DNA of 64,000 bases. It comes from the human T2T-CHM13v2.0 reference genome, Homo sapiens. This document shows positions 27,465 to 43,089 of the stretch, piece after piece. The stretch's first letter is position 1; every line of letters starts with the position of its first letter. Both the position numbers and the translations under genes were made by a program. Location of the stretch: the NCBI RefSeq assembly GCF_009914755.1, contig NC_060937.1. The stretch is one strand, 5' to 3'. The notes under the pieces are model-generated. The model saw only the letters and a list, made by a program, of their open reading frames with translations, was not told the origin of the DNA and made no database searches.

Positions 27465-27939
27465 TAAGTGTTCTTGAGATAAAAATAAACAACTCTAGAG
27501 ATCGACACCAATGTTTCCGTGGATCCCCAAAAGAGCACACTGTATGATTGCAGTAAATGACGCCATCAGCCACAAAGTGGGGACTATTTAAGTCTTGTAA
27601 CCTCTATCATTTGTTTATTCGTTAACATTTATTCTTGTCAATGCTTAATGTTTATAGAATAATTTTGTGGCTTTTCCATAAAGGGATAGATTTTAAAATA
27701 TTTATTTATAGCATTCCAGGAAGAACACAGGAATAAAAGAAGAAACAAAAGGAGAGGTGGGCAGGAAGACTGATTAGGGAGCAGAGAGCAGTCCTGAGAA
27801 ATTAGCCCTGTTGGATTTAGATTCCTAAGCAGTGACCTAAGAATGTCCCGTGGGAAGATGCGAGGCATTTAACAGAGGCAGAGATGGAGTCCAGAGAGTC
27901 TCTGGGCACGACGTCCAGATAGTATCTGAGGGCTATTTA

Positions 27940-28220
27940 AACATATATATTTTTAAATACACTTTACTTTTTAGAACAGTTTTAGGTTCACAGAAAAACT
28001 GAGCAGAAGTACAGAGAGTTCTCATACACTCCCTTCCCCCACACCCACAGCCTAAGCCACTATCAACATCCTGCACCAGAGTGGTGCATGTGTTACAGTC
28101 ACTAAACCTGCACTGGCACATCATGTTCGCCCGAAGTCCATAGTTTAGTGTTCACTCTTGGTGGTGTACATTCTATGGATTTTGACAATGCATAATGACG
28201 TATCTTCACCATTATAGGCC
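27940..28220 (-). mobile_element. L1MC 3' end
   Basis: agaacagttttaggttcacagaaaaactgagcagaagtacagagagtt...ctcttggtggtgtacattctatggattttgac. Confidence 0.8.
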
Positions 28221-28875
28221 CATATATTTTTATCCTCAAGAAATTCCAGTTCCTTGTAGTCCTGAGGCTAGACATAAGCATGAGGTTAAGAAAAAGTTTA
28301 GGTTCTGTTAGTAACAGGTGTTTTTTACCATGAATTTTGAGTTGCGGGAACAAGAGTGCAGGATATGAGAACAGCAGAACCATGTGGTGGAAATGTTCCT
28401 GTTCCGTGGTAGAAATCAACAGGTCTAGGCCAAGAGAGTGGAGTGAGTGGTAGACTTTCAGCTCAGGAGTTTGTTTTTTTATGAACTCCAAGCTTTACTT
28501 TCTCTAGTCCTGGTCTGGAAAACTATAAATTCTGGAGGGCGGTGGAAATAGCATGTATAATGGGGAATAATGGAGTGTGGGATAAATCTAATTAGGAAAA
28601 GCCAATTATAATCTTACCTCAGAAGACTGAGATGCTTAGGGAAATGGATTAAATTTTAAAGTTAATTAGGCAATAATATATTACACCATTTGTTGAAAAT
28701 CTTTCTAAAATTTATATGTTCATTTCAGAGTTACAATAGCAGCAAGTTTTGGGGTCATATACCAGTTCCTAATTCCCCATTAAATTGGGTGACAATACTG
28801 AAAACTAGACTGAAAAAGCACCAAAGTCAAGGTGGAATTTCCACTGACTGCATTATCCCTGGGTCCACAGTAAAT

Positions 28876-28877
<2 letters not shown>

Positions 28878-28917
<40 letters not shown>
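28878..28917. repeat. (CA)20 microsatellite
   Basis: Perfect run. Confidence 0.98.
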
Positions 28918-28919
<2 letters not shown>

Positions 28920-28999
28920 AGGTAAAATTCTAGAGATAATCCTAGTATGGCAAAGGACAAAAAAGAATTTCCCATATGATTGCCATGATCAATATTTAA

Positions 29000-29088
29000 C
29001 ATATTCTATATCAGAGACTTGAGTGCCCTCAAATTTTGGTATCTGAGAGGGGTACTGGAACCAATTCCCCATAGATACCAAGGCCTGA
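29000..29088. mobile_element. Tigger/MER2-like terminal fragment
   Basis: gacttgagtgccctcaaattttggtatctgag...tggaaccaattccccatagataccaagg. Confidence 0.65.
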
Positions 29089-29519
29089 TTTCAAATCAAG
29101 GCTAACCATAGTCAGCTACAAGATAATTTTAAAAAATCCCACTCATTAATGTTAGAAAAAAAGAAACAGAAAACACCTCACTAAGAAAGGTGAACAAGCT
29201 ATGGTGAAGAAACCACAAAACTAAATAAGGTTTCTAAGAGCATCTTGACATCATGTTGCTAGAAGACCTGATGCTGTTACGATGTTACTTTTCAAGGATT
29301 TAATGTATGCCCTTAATGCAACATCAATTAAAATGCCAATTTTGAAGAAATTGATAAAATGATTATTGTATATAATTCATTCAGAAAATAAGTTGAAAGA
29401 AAGAGATTGGAACATTTCAATAATGTATAAAAATGTGAGGGAATCTTGGGTGTCTGATCCTAATGTGTTTGATAAAACTACATTAGTTAAAATGAAAAAT
29501 AAATACAATTTTACATATG

Positions 29520-29690
29520 TTTTGGAGTCAGACCTGGTTGGTTCTGTGCCAACTCCTAGCTAGGTTATCTTGGGCAAGTGGTTGAACCTTTCTAAGAAAA
29601 TGAGTATATTACATGTATTATAAGATTGTGATTTGAACCAAAAGAGATAATCACTTAGCACAATTCCCACTACAATTCTACTGTTGTTTT
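29520..29690 (+). mobile_element. MIR remnant
   Basis: tttggagtcagacctgg...atcttgggcaagtggttgaacctttct. Confidence 0.65.
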
Positions 29691-31534
29691 ATGTGATAAC
29701 AAAATATTTAGGAAAATATGTCCTATGAACCAAAAGGTCACTTTTTAAACCTGATAAAGCAAATAATTTACAATGACATAATATTATGTATCTATTCATG
29801 CTGCAATAATACCTATTGCTGGGAGTGGTATGGCAAGGTAGACCCAAGAGTGTTGCAAAAGTCCTGGAGAGTAGCTTAGTAATACTTACCAAGAGCTTCA
29901 AACATGTTTCTACCCTTTAATGAAGTAATTTAATTTTAAAAATCTAACCTAATAACAAGTGATATAAGGACTTATATATTAGTTGCTGTATTATATGTAA
30001 GTATTTAAATATTCACCAGTGAAACTATTAAGTAAAACATGATATAGCCACAGGAGAATATTTTAGGCTATGTATATTTATGCAAATAAAGAATTATAAA
30101 TGACATCGTAAAATGTTAGAGCAGAATAAAGAATGGATATACTGTATAATGCCAAATTTGCAAGTTAAAGCCATATAGATATCTATGTATGGCAAAAATA
30201 AAATATAACATATGTTATCTCTGAATTATTAAATTTCTTTATGCTTTTCTATATTTTCCAAATGCCACAATAAGCAATTACTTATAGTAGAAAATATGTT
30301 ACTTAAAATAATGTCAGAATAGACAAGCCACTGTAGACCAAGAAAAAAGAAAAAAAGTATAAGATCTAAGTATTCTTTAAATGAAATAAAATATGTCTAC
30401 TTCCTGCCTTACTATTAGCTTGGTTCAATTAGCTTAATGGATATTTTTGGTATTGATTTGGGTTATTTTAAAAGGCTTGGGATTATCTCTGAAAATACTA
30501 ATCTTTCTATAGCATTTACAAAATTAGACTATTAGGCCTAATGTGTGTTTAGGAGAATGACAGAATAGTCACTGGAATCATATATATAAATACTTATATC
30601 TTAATTGCTATTAACAGCATTACTGTTATAATTTTTCTTTTTCTCTTAAAAAAGAAAGTTAATGAAAAGAAATTGAGGGTCACAGGTACTTGGATTCTTG
30701 TAAATGGAGATTCTCCTCTTTAATGAAAATTACAGAGTACCTATATGTAATAATTCCCTTTCTCATTAAAGAAATGAGCATAGCCCTTGGGATGTGTGAA
30801 AATTTGGTGGGAATTCCAATTTACTCACTAACTGCATGACTTTGACCAAAAACTTCACCTCTACCAAACTTGGTTACCTCAACTAAAACATGGGGACAAT
30901 CCTGAGTTGTTTTGAAGTTATTCCTGATGCACCTGTGGCTAGGATTGGAAAACCCAGGCTTTTCCCCAAGCAACTAAATTTAGGGGACATTTTAAATAGA
31001 AAACAATGTGTAATTTTAAAACGTGTTGTATTTAGAAGACGAGAGCAAATCAACATATTCTTTCAGCAGTACAGAAAAACACTGATTTTAGAACAGGGTT
31101 AGCAAAAACAAATTGTTATAATTGGAATAACAGACCAGAGGGTGTGTTTGGAGCTGTATTTACTATTTGGCCTCCTTGCGTTTGTAGTAGAAATGCTTAA
31201 TACATTCCCCAGCCCTCACCCCCGTCTTGGTCCGCCCCTTTCTTCCTTCCAGGATCTTATAAATTGGGTTATCTGGTTTATTAAATACTCTGATTCAAGA
31301 GGCCAATGTTGACGTATAATCTGGTAAAGAGAAGACAAGGACATTCTACGTGGTTGGTGGGAAGCAGACAGCAGGAGGGAAGGTGGGTAACAAAACGTGC
31401 GCAGTATCCAGTGACCACCTGAAGAGCAGAAGGTTTCTTTCTCCCAATAACTAGCTAATTCTTGGTGGGAATGGTCCACCCTTCAACTTCCCTAATTTTA
31501 GAAACATTTTTCTTCTTTTTGTTTACTAGATATG

Positions 31535-31934
31535 TGTTATAAAATGAATTATGTCCTCCCACCTCAATTCATAGGTTGAAGCTCTAACCCACAATGTGAT
31601 TACATTTGGAAATAGGGCCAGTAGAAAGGTAAATAGGCACAAATGAGTCATGAGGATGGAGCTCTAATCCAATAGGACTGGTGTCCTTATAAGAGGAGGA
31701 GGAGATGCCAGACCTCTTTCTCTCTCCGCTCACACACAGCGAAAAAGGCCATATGAAGACACAGTGAGAAAGCAGCTATCTGCAAGCTAGGAAAAGAGGC
31801 CTCAGCAGAAATCAACTCTGCCAGCACCTTGATCTTGAACTTCCAGCCTTCAGAACTGTGAGAAAATAAATTGATGTTGTTTAAGCTATCCAGCCTGTAG
31901 TATTTTGTTATAGAAGCTCAAGCTGACTAATAGA
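31535..31934 (+). mobile_element. MaLR solo LTR (MLT1A/B-like)
   Basis: tgttat...aattcataggttgaagctctaaccc...cttccagccttcagaactgtgagaaaataaa...gctgactaata. Confidence 0.88.
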
Positions 31935-33659
31935 ATGTGTTGCTCCATTACAAAAAAAAAAAAAATTCTGATTCACTGGTATTACCATAAATGCTGAAAC
32001 AGCCTACACACTCCCAAATAACTAAAACCTAATAAAATGAACTTCATCTGAAACTACTCTGAATACATTCACAGACTGTGAACCACAGATTGTATCTGAA
32101 TCTCTGTAGATTAAAACATTAACTCAAGATTTTGCAGGATTGTCAATTTAAGCATTATTTGTATAACGTGATACATAAAATCCTTGTGTTTTAATTTTAA
32201 CTTTATGGCTTTCTTTGTACTTTTAAAATAAGAGTTTGTGACAACAATGTGATAATCACAGCTATTGGAAAAAAGAAAGGTGAATTACAATACATTGGGA
32301 ATCTCCTGTATTGGATCAGAAACAAACGGAGTCAGATGTTGCAGAGCCCAGTGATTGTGTGGATATACACAGATGACTTAAAGATTTAAAACGACTTGGC
32401 TTTAAACAGTTGCCTTGAAAAGTGAATACAAATCAGGGACTGTGGCATTTTTATTTGTGGGTATTTGTGTTTGTAAATGTACACATCAACTGTTTGAAAA
32501 TCAGAAATCTCTAGGGCCTGGGCAAATAAGTAGAACATAACAGAACATACTTTATATCTACACCCATTTTCTTTACAGTATTTAAAAAGATGAAAAGTAG
32601 CTTAAGTGGGGACCTAAGAGGGGGGAAAAAAAGAAATACTATAAATAAAATATTCAGAACTCTGTAAAGTGATTACTGTAAGAAGGAGAATCAATATGAA
32701 AAGCACAGTACTGTTTGGCTCTCGTCTTTCTGACTTTTTTAGCCCTGGACAGAGGGACAGTCTTGATAGAAGAGGAGCTAAAACATTGACTGCTGGCATG
32801 CATATGTACATTTTGGTCCAAGGCTGTGTGAGTTAATCACCAAAGGGGAAAATGATAGCATTGGGTTTTGGCAGTAAGAGTTATAGAGTTAGCTAAATGA
32901 TAGGCCTGGACAATAAAAATATTGGCTCCGTGGAAGAAGGTGGAAACCAACACTAAGGAATCTAAGTATTAAAGGAGGTTAAAGAGACCATCTTGTGTAT
33001 CCTTGTTAGTAAATGGATGCCAATTAATCAACTATGTGGCCTGTGGCCTCTGTGGCCTGTTCTGGTCTCAGGACCTCTCAGAAGCCATTCCCAATCCCTC
33101 TTAGAATCCAGCTACAAGAATTAAAAGAATAACTTCCAGCCCGCATTTTGCAACATGTTGGACAAGTATCTCAAGAGATATCTACCAAAGATAAAGCCAT
33201 TTGAATTCACTTTCATTTAAATATAAATTGTATGTATCAATTTGAAGAGTGGAAGAAGGTATCAGCAAAGCAAATATTTTAAAAAGCAAACACCCAATTT
33301 TGCCTTTTTGCTGACCACAGAGCATTTCCACATTTAAAAACTAATGTGAAATCTTCATAAATTCTACTCTTATTGATCCTTAAATACTATACTTAGCATC
33401 ATAGAACTTGAAGGTAACCTGGGGATCAGCTTATTCAAGCCCTCAGTTTTATCCCCAAAGCCCAGAAGTTTACAACTGCCCAGGACTCACAGGTGTTCCA
33501 CAGAGCCACAAATGCTTCAGTCCCAAACTGAGCTCATTGTGATGCACCAAATTTGTTCCTTTTCTTACAACGTTTATGTCAGATAATAGTGGAAGTATAT
33601 TCCAATTACCTAAAAATTTAGGAAAATTTTAAACTCTTTTCTTAATCCCAAATTATATC

Positions 33660-33990
33660 ATTTCTATTTATTCATTTGTTCATCTATTTATCCATCCATT
33701 TATCCATCAAGCATTGACTTGTCATTGACTCCATAAAGACACTCTGCTAGACTCTTCATACTTAGTAATTAAGTAGAATACAGTTTCTGCTGTCCAGAGT
33801 TTCAGTGTCTGGATGGAGAAAGTGTATGCAAATAAACAGTGAGTGAACTGCTCTAAAGGAATGCTGTGGTATAACAGAGAATAAAGGTCTGAATTCAGCT
33901 TGGGGTAGAGTCAAGAATACTTTAAAAAAGTGCCTTTTCCATTAAGCTTTGAAAGTTCCATAGGATGTCCCCAGGTAGATCGGAGGAGGA
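33660..33990 (-). mobile_element. L2 remnant
   Basis: ttcatttgttcatctatttatccatccattt...actctgctag matches the antisense L2 end. Confidence 0.55.
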
Positions 33991-34347
33991 AAGGCAGACA
34001 TCTTTCCACCTGGGTTATGCCAGCAACCTCCTATCACACCTTCAGTCTTGTTCCCCTTAAACCTATTCTCCCTACTATAGCCAGATTGCCTGGGCAGACT
34101 TTCTAACTCTCCTTCCCTTTTCCTCTCCCTTCCTTAATTCTTTCTGCTCTTGTCACTTTGTTTTTTGTTAATCAAAACATAACCATAGTTAATACTTTTG
34201 TTAGAGTGAAAATAGAAGAATGAAATGTTTGACTCTAAAAAATGCATGTAGACAGAATAAGAAAGCAGGTTGTTCATTCAAAAATGCAAATTAAGTAATG
34301 CTTACAACTCTTCCATGGTTCTCTTATCTTACATAGAATAAATTCTA

Positions 34348-34649
34348 TTTTTTTCTTTGAGATAGGGTCTTACTCTGTTGCCAGGCTGGAGTGCAGTGGC
34401 ACATTCACAGCTTACTACAGCCTTGACCTCCAGGGCTGAAGTGATCCCCTCATTCCCACCTCAACCTCTCTAGCAGATGGGACTACAAGTGTATGCCACC
34501 ACACCCGGCTAAAATTTTTAAACATTTTTTGTAGAGATAGGGACTCACTATGTTGCCCAGGCTGATCTTGAACTTCTGAGCTCAAGCAATCTTCCTGCCT
34601 TGGCTTGCCATAGTGCTGGTATTACAGACTTGAGCCACTGCACCTGGCC
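34348..34649 (-). mobile_element. AluJ
   Basis: gagatagggtcttactc, cacagcttactacagccttgacctcc and tgagctcaagcaatc (J-type). Confidence 0.9.
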
Positions 34650-34735
34650 TAAAAGCCAAATTCTTAACACAGATGGTAAGTACCTATTGACTGCTCAAAT
34701 TCCTTTGGGGAAACTGGGTGCCCTCAACTAATGAG

Positions 34736-34954
34736 GAGTTGGCCAGGCATAGGCAACACATACAGGGCCACCACTTCCCAGTGCAACTCCTATTTTTGAA
34801 CCAGAATAAGACACCATCCCTACACAGATAAATTGTAAAAGTCATGAGTTGGCCAGGCATAGGCAACACATACAGGGCCACCACTACCCAATGCAACTCC
34901 TGTTTTTAAACCAGAATAAGACGCCATCCCTACACAGATAAATTATAAAAGTCA
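34736..34954. repeat. 110-bp tandem duplication
   Basis: Copies start at 34736 and 34846; 6 mismatches in 109 bp. Confidence 0.95.
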
Positions 34955-35170
34955 CCCCGTCCATGGGGAAACAGCCCTATGCATACACAGGCAGGCAAGC
35001 AGACACCATCTTGTGCAAATGAAAAGCTGCCTTTCCCTCCAAGAAAATGCAGCTCCATGCCAGGATACATAGCCTGGTGAGCAAATGGGCCTGGCTTTTG
35101 GCCTCCATTCACTCCCCGTGACCAGATGCCTTTGTGCAGTGCACAAACCATGGACAAATGATCTGGACTG
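34873..35170. mobile_element. Probable hAT-Tip100 (MER91-like) element
   Basis: cagggccacc start and tgtgcagtgcacaa near the other end. Confidence 0.5.
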
Positions 35171-35397
35171 CAAGCAGAGACTGATTCGTTCTAGGTACAG
35201 TGATCAACTCAGGAGTAGGTAGGCGACCAAGCAGCCAAAGTTTTTCAAGATTGATAAATAGATGTGAGGACAAAGAAGACCTTCCCCCCTGGGGTTATTA
35301 ACCTGGGAAACTGTATATTTTAGCCTGTTGTAGCCATTTTTTCACCATGTGGGAAGAGGCTATAATGTAAATAAAGGAAATGCATAGAAAGACATAC

Positions 35398-35401
<4 letters not shown>

Positions 35402-35429
<28 letters not shown>
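35402..35429. repeat. (AG)14 microsatellite
   Basis: Perfect run. Confidence 0.97.
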
Positions 35430-35505
35430 CTGATACTACTGCCTGAGCTTTTATCTATATCCAGCTAAGTCTGAGGCCTTGTCTGGCTGTAGGCTGTCTA
35501 TGTAA

Positions 35506-35794
<289 letters not shown>

Positions 35795-36111
35795 AATTCC
35801 ATCTTTTAAAGTTGGCTTGTTTCACTAAAATATTGTCACTAAAATAGCCCATATACATATAGCTTATCATAGGGTTTGCAAATTCATATGTCTATAAAAA
35901 TCCTATGCAAAAGAAAATATGATCGAGACAATATGGAGTGTTGGGGACTGTGACAAAATTGGGAACCATTGCCCTATCTTGAAGAACCTTCTCCTGCTTA
36001 TCTCCAATTGACCTGAAAAATTTATGTCCAGCAGAGCTGAGTCTTGTACTTTTATTTTAAAGGGTGCCCTGGAAACACAGATATTTATGCCAAAATCTCC
36101 TAATTTTTTAA

Positions 36112-36645
<534 letters not shown>

Positions 36646-36949
36646 TGAGAATACTGTTTGTTACCTCTGACTCAAACTCTTTTGTCCGCTCTTCTATCCT
36701 TTGATCTCAGCTCAATTGTCACTTCTTCCAAAAAACTTTCTCTGGAATCATAAGTCTGGGTTAGATACAATGCCTCTGTGTATTTTTTGAAAAAAAAAAA
36801 AAAAATAGAAGAAACAAACAAACAAAAAAAAAGAGCTAGTTCATTTGAATTCATACAGAACTTTGTATGCCAAGGTAAAGACTGAAATTATTTCTCTGCT
36901 AGTGGTTCTCAATCAGGAGGAAGACCTTTGGTCCTTAAGAAAAATGTAA

Positions 36950-37670
<721 letters not shown>

Positions 37671-37674
37671 ATTC

Positions 37675-40240
37675 AAGTGTAGCGTAAGAATTTACAGTAG
37701 TACATTTCCACTTCTCCACTCCCGGCCTTTGTGGTAATGTTGTCATTCATTTTATTTAGTTAGTTATTTTTTACATAATTATAAATTCATACTATGCTAT
37801 CATTATTTTTATTTATACTGGCAATTGTCTTTTAAGGAGATTTATATATTTACCTCTATAGTTACCACTGGTGCTACAGATTCCTTTGTATAGAAACATA
37901 TTTCCCTCTCATATCATTTTTCTTTTGCCTAAAGTTCGCCCTTTAACATTCTTGTAGTGCAGGACTGCAAAGTATAAATTTTTGCAGCTTTTATGTGTTA
38001 AAAATAAATCTTTATAAATAATGATATTTTTTCTGCATATAGAATTATGGATTGACAGGATTTTTTACCCCACTCAATACTTTAAAGATGTCCCACTGTC
38101 TTCTCACTTACATTATTTCTGATGAGAAATGTGCTATAAATCTTGTATTTGTTCTACTATACCTAATATCCTTTTTTACTGTGCCTTTATTAAAGATTTT
38201 TATTCTTATTACTGATTTAAAGCAATATTTTTATTATGGACCTTGTTATAGTCACCTTCATGATTTTTGCCCATTTTGGGATTAAGATGGGAGAATAAAT
38301 CTGGTTCCTGTTATTCCATCTTTGCTAGAAACAAAACTTTTTGGGTCATTTATCCTTGGTATAACTCCTAATACATTTAGACAAGCCTACCATCTTATCA
38401 TTTGCTTTCTACTTGTTCTTTTTTTTTTTTTTTTTAGTTTCTTTTTTGTCTCTCAAAGCAAGGAGAGAACATCTTGCTTTCATTTTGATTATTTTTGACT
38501 ACTCTATTTTTTCCTTCTACTAGTTTGAAAGTTCTGCCTTCCTTTACTATTATTTTAGTGGTTACCTCAGCAACTATCACAAGCAGCCATGGTTTTAAAT
38601 ACTATTTTTATGTGAAATGGTTATGCTTTTCCTTAGCAATGCAATAAATCAAGCATACTTTATCATTATTTAAGCTCTTCTCAACTTACATACCCTTATT
38701 TTCCTTTATTTTAATTCTATATATTTATTGACTCCCAAGATATTACTTTTGATATTCCTCATTTAAGTACATCCACATGCTTGACATTTTTATTGCTTCT
38801 TAATTTCTTCATGAATATTTGACTTTCTACTGGTATCATTTTCCTTCTCCTTGAAGAGTAATTTAGGTCTGCAGGTGGAAAATTCTCATGATGTTTTATT
38901 TCTGCATTAAAATGTTTCTTATATTATCTTTACTCTGTATATTTTCACTGGGCATGAGTTATACAATAGCATTTATTTTCTTTCAGCAGACAGGAGATAG
39001 TATTTTATGTCTTCTAATACTCATTATTGTTTTTAAGAAGTCAGCTGAAATCTAGTTATTGCTCCTTTAAAAGCAATCTCTTTTTTTCTGGAAGATTTCA
39101 AATTTTTTCTCTGTTCTTTGGTTTTCTGCAATTCCAGTATGATGGATTTGGGTTGTGCATTTCTTTTTATTTATCCAGTTTGAATTTTTGAATATGTAGA
39201 TGCATGTCTTTAATTAACTTAAGAAAATTTCAGCTTTTATCGCTTCAAATATTGCTTTGGTTTCATTCTTATTTTCTCCTCTTTCTTATTTTAAATTTGC
39301 AAAAACATGTTTGGTTATTCTCATCATTACCCCTATTTTTTTTTAATTTCGCATTTTTTTTAATCTTGTCCCTCTTGCTTCCTTCTGAGTATTTTGCTTT
39401 CATCTATCTTCCAGTTCACAAATTCTCTTTTCAGATGTGTCTAATCTGTTACTAACCATGTCAACTGAGTTGTTAATTTCAGTTATTGTATGCCTTAATT
39501 CTAAACTTCTGTTTGGTTCTTTTCTAATCTGCTGCCTATTGCTTTAATGGTTTTAAGTTATCTGTCAACATTTTCAGTCTTTAATTTCCTTGAACATCAA
39601 AAGCATAGTTTTTAAACATCTGTGCCTGATAATTCCAATATCGGGAGCTCTTGAGGGTCTGTTTCTGTTGTTGCTTGTTTCTATTTGTCTTTCTTCAAAT
39701 TTTATTGTCCCTTCATGTGACTGGTTATCTTTCATTGTGTGCCAGTTATTGTATTTGAAAAATAATTAGTCAGGCAACTGATATACTAGCAATCCATAAT
39801 TTTATTATTCAATTTCAGAATTGAGTTCTTTTTCTTTTTAAATCAGCCAGACCACTTGAAAATGGATTACTGCCCTTGTGGGAGATTATTTACTTCTGGT
39901 TTATTTTTTCTTTAAGGTCACAATGCAAAGTAAAGCACTTACTATGACCTCTACCTTTGACAGGCTCTGAACTGCAGTGTTTACTTCCCAACAGTTCAAG
40001 GCTGTCTGGTACCAGCCAGAATGTTAGCAGTCTCACTGACATTAGCAAACACCCTCAGGGGAAAAAGAAGTATCAAATGACATTTTCCCTCTGAATTTTT
40101 ATCTTCCCTTGGATTGTGCCCCAATAAATCTGCTCTAACTTATAAATCCACCAGTGCCTTCAAGAATACAGCCCACTTCACCCCTTGCTGATTTTCTAAT
40201 TGTCTTCAGTAAAATGATTGGTCTGAATTTAGGTAATTTT
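37675..40240 (-). mobile_element. Degraded old L1 ORF1/5' fragments (probably more than one element)
   Basis: tttctgatgagaaatgtgct and tctagttattgctcctttaaaagcaatc are antisense ORF1-region motifs. Confidence 0.6.
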
Positions 40241-41699
40241 AAAAAATTTAATTTCCTTTTTTTCTCACGAATGAGGTTAAGCATTTTTTCTTTAAAAATC
40301 ATATGCATTTTTCATTTGATTTGTAAGAATATTATCAACATTTCAAACTCATGATTTTTCCTAATCTACTGTCTGGTTTAAAAATTGCCAAAGAAATATT
40401 TTGGGGAAACAAAAACTATAAAAATTATAATACGCTTTGATAACATAAATTGTTTCTATTCAACCAAAAGTATAAAAACGCTTTTTATTCATTGAAAATT
40501 AGACTTTATCTCTACTTCTTTACTAAATAAACATTTTAAAATATTAATTTGAAGGGCAAACTACTGGCCTTCTCTGGAGTGATCTGCCCTTGACCTCACG
40601 GGTGAAGCCTGTGCATATGCAGTTTTAAGAAGTGCTACAGATAATTGAGATCCTGGTTAATATGCTGAAGCAGATGTCATTGAATGACTCAGTCGGCTTC
40701 TTCAAACATCCTGTGGTCTACCTTATTGCATGCAAAAAGGTAGAAAACTAAAGGTTATATTTCCCCAACTCCCTTCACATCTTGGGGTTAGTACTTAACC
40801 AAATAACCACACCCATACAATATTTGGAAAGGGAAGTGAGGCATAACCTGTGCTTTTGTTTCTGAAGGCCTATTTCCTGTAGTAGCATCATTGGGAGTTC
40901 CATTGTCTAATCCTGGCTTTGTGGCTATTGAGTGGTTTGTGTGGATTATCCATTTGTTGGCATTACATGGGGGCTTGGAGCTCAATCATGGTGGTGGCTT
41001 CCTGAACTTCAGTTCCTAGTTGCTGTTGTGGCTGTGATGTCCTGATTCCCCAGTTTCCTGACTATTGCAAAAATAGCAGCACCTTTGGTGAGCCAGTTTT
41101 GCTATGTTTTGGGTGTCATTCCTAGAAGCTCAGCCTCAAGTACCTACTTTATTATTTTGTAAGCTTTTAGTTACCTGAGGAACTAGATTGGTTACTACTC
41201 ACTACACCTGAAAAGCAGGCTTCCTGCATGAGTAAAGTCTCAGAGGACTTAAAATGAGATGGGGCATGATCAGAATTATGTTACAGAAACAGAACTCTGG
41301 CTTAAAGAGGGCCACCAGAGAGGCAGGGAGGTCAGCTACAGACAATCAAGCCTAGTCAATTTTACTTACCTGGTATTTCTCAAATCTACATTTCCTGTAT
41401 TGCCAAGGATTGAGACTGCCCCATCTCAACCTGAAACTCTTGACCAACTTGATAAATCATCTCCTTTCTCCTCCGCCCTATTCCTTGCTTCCTCTGTGCC
41501 CTTCGTACCATTGCTAGAGGCTCTATGATTCAGACAAAATGGTGTTGCTTCATTGCTCAGTGGTCTTCAGTGCTGCTCTAACATCAACAAATGTTCTAGC
41601 ATTGGGAAGAAATTTCTTAGTTCCTTTTTTTTGGCCTTATATCCTACCATTTTTCCTGTGTACCTGGTCTCTAGTCATACCTGAATACAAGGCTTCAGG

Positions 41700-42005
41700 A
41701 AATGTAGAATCTTTTTTTTTCTGTCTACCTACCTCTGCATTTGCTTGTCCATCTCCCTCTCCTCTTGTCTCTCTTGCAGCTTTTTCACATCTTTCAAGAT
41801 TCAGCTCAAAGATTATTTCTTCTGTGAAGTCTTCACAAGTAAAGGAGCTCACACTTTCCTCTGTGTCCTCACAGTATCCTCACTTTCCTCCACGGCAACT
41901 GCCATCTCTTCTACAGGAAATAAGTCTTGCTAAATTTTTTGTGCCAGTACAAAACACAGCTGCTGGCACATAATGAATGAACATTGCTTGTTGAATGAAT
42001 AAACA
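41700..42005 (+). mobile_element. L2 3' end
   Basis: tcaagattcagctcaaa...ctggcacataa...gcttgttgaatgaataaa. Confidence 0.65.
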
Positions 42006-42384
42006 AACTGTTTGCCACACTTGGATTTAAGCCCAGTTCTAGGATTCTTCCTACCACACCATATTGTTTCTCTCCTTACCTCATAAATTCTACTGAAACT
42101 AAATTAATTGCTCAATTGTGGAACTATCTATAATTTATATTGCATTATCCATAATTTCTTGGATTGTCTAGTTACTGTTAAAAAAGGGGGACACCTTTCT
42201 AATTGCCAATAACTTTATCCATTGCATATTAAATACACACACACACACACACCCCACACATACATACAATCACAGCTAGTAGCACTGAAGAAGCTACAAA
42301 CAGCTCAAATGTTCTATGATAAGTATGGGCAAATTATAAAATAGCCATTTATATATATTGTTTACTCTACATTCTAATATTCAT

Positions 42385-42890
42385 TAATTCTTCTAATGTG
42401 CCTAGTACCATCTTCAGATCTGGGGTTGCATTCACACTAATCAGGTAATGCCCTCACTCTCAGACCTCCTATCATAGAGGGGATAGACAGGAACTAACAC
42501 AGTTGCACAATTACACACCCCAAAATTGTTAGAAGTGCAAAAAAAGAAAAGCACAGGATGTTATAAAATCAGAGTGACCCTATCTGGTCTGGAAGGTGAG
42601 GAAATCTTCCCCAAGGAGAAGTCTGAAGTGAAATAAGTAGGAACAAATAGATACAGTGAGGGCAGGGAATTCCAGAGAGAGAGAATAGCATGTGCAAAGG
42701 CCTTGAGATGGGAACAATAATAAGATATCTTAGGAATGACAGGAGGCCAATGTGGCTGGATATCAGGAAGCTAGGGGTAGAAAGGTATATATGTGGAGAG
42801 GCAGATGGGAGTTGGATCATGTAGAACCATAGAGGCAAAGTTAAGGATTTTGTTCTCTATCCAAAGATCAATGGGAAGCCATTGAAAGAT
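42385..42890 (-). mobile_element. L2 fragment
   Basis: gaatagcatgtgcaaaggccttgag...ggccaatgtggctgga...aatgggaagccattgaaag. Confidence 0.8.
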
Positions 42891-43089
42891 GACTATTCCT
42901 TAAATCCATTTTATCCATAGCATTGAAAATCTAAAATTGTGCCTTTCGATGACAGAGTAAATAGAACATCAACGGTCCTAATCACCTCTTCTCCAAGTAT
43001 TCTGGCAGCACAAATGGATTTTCAATTTAAAGTACTTGAAGTAGGGAGGAAAGGGCTTCTGACTACTATTTCTAGAATGAGCAAGTCCT

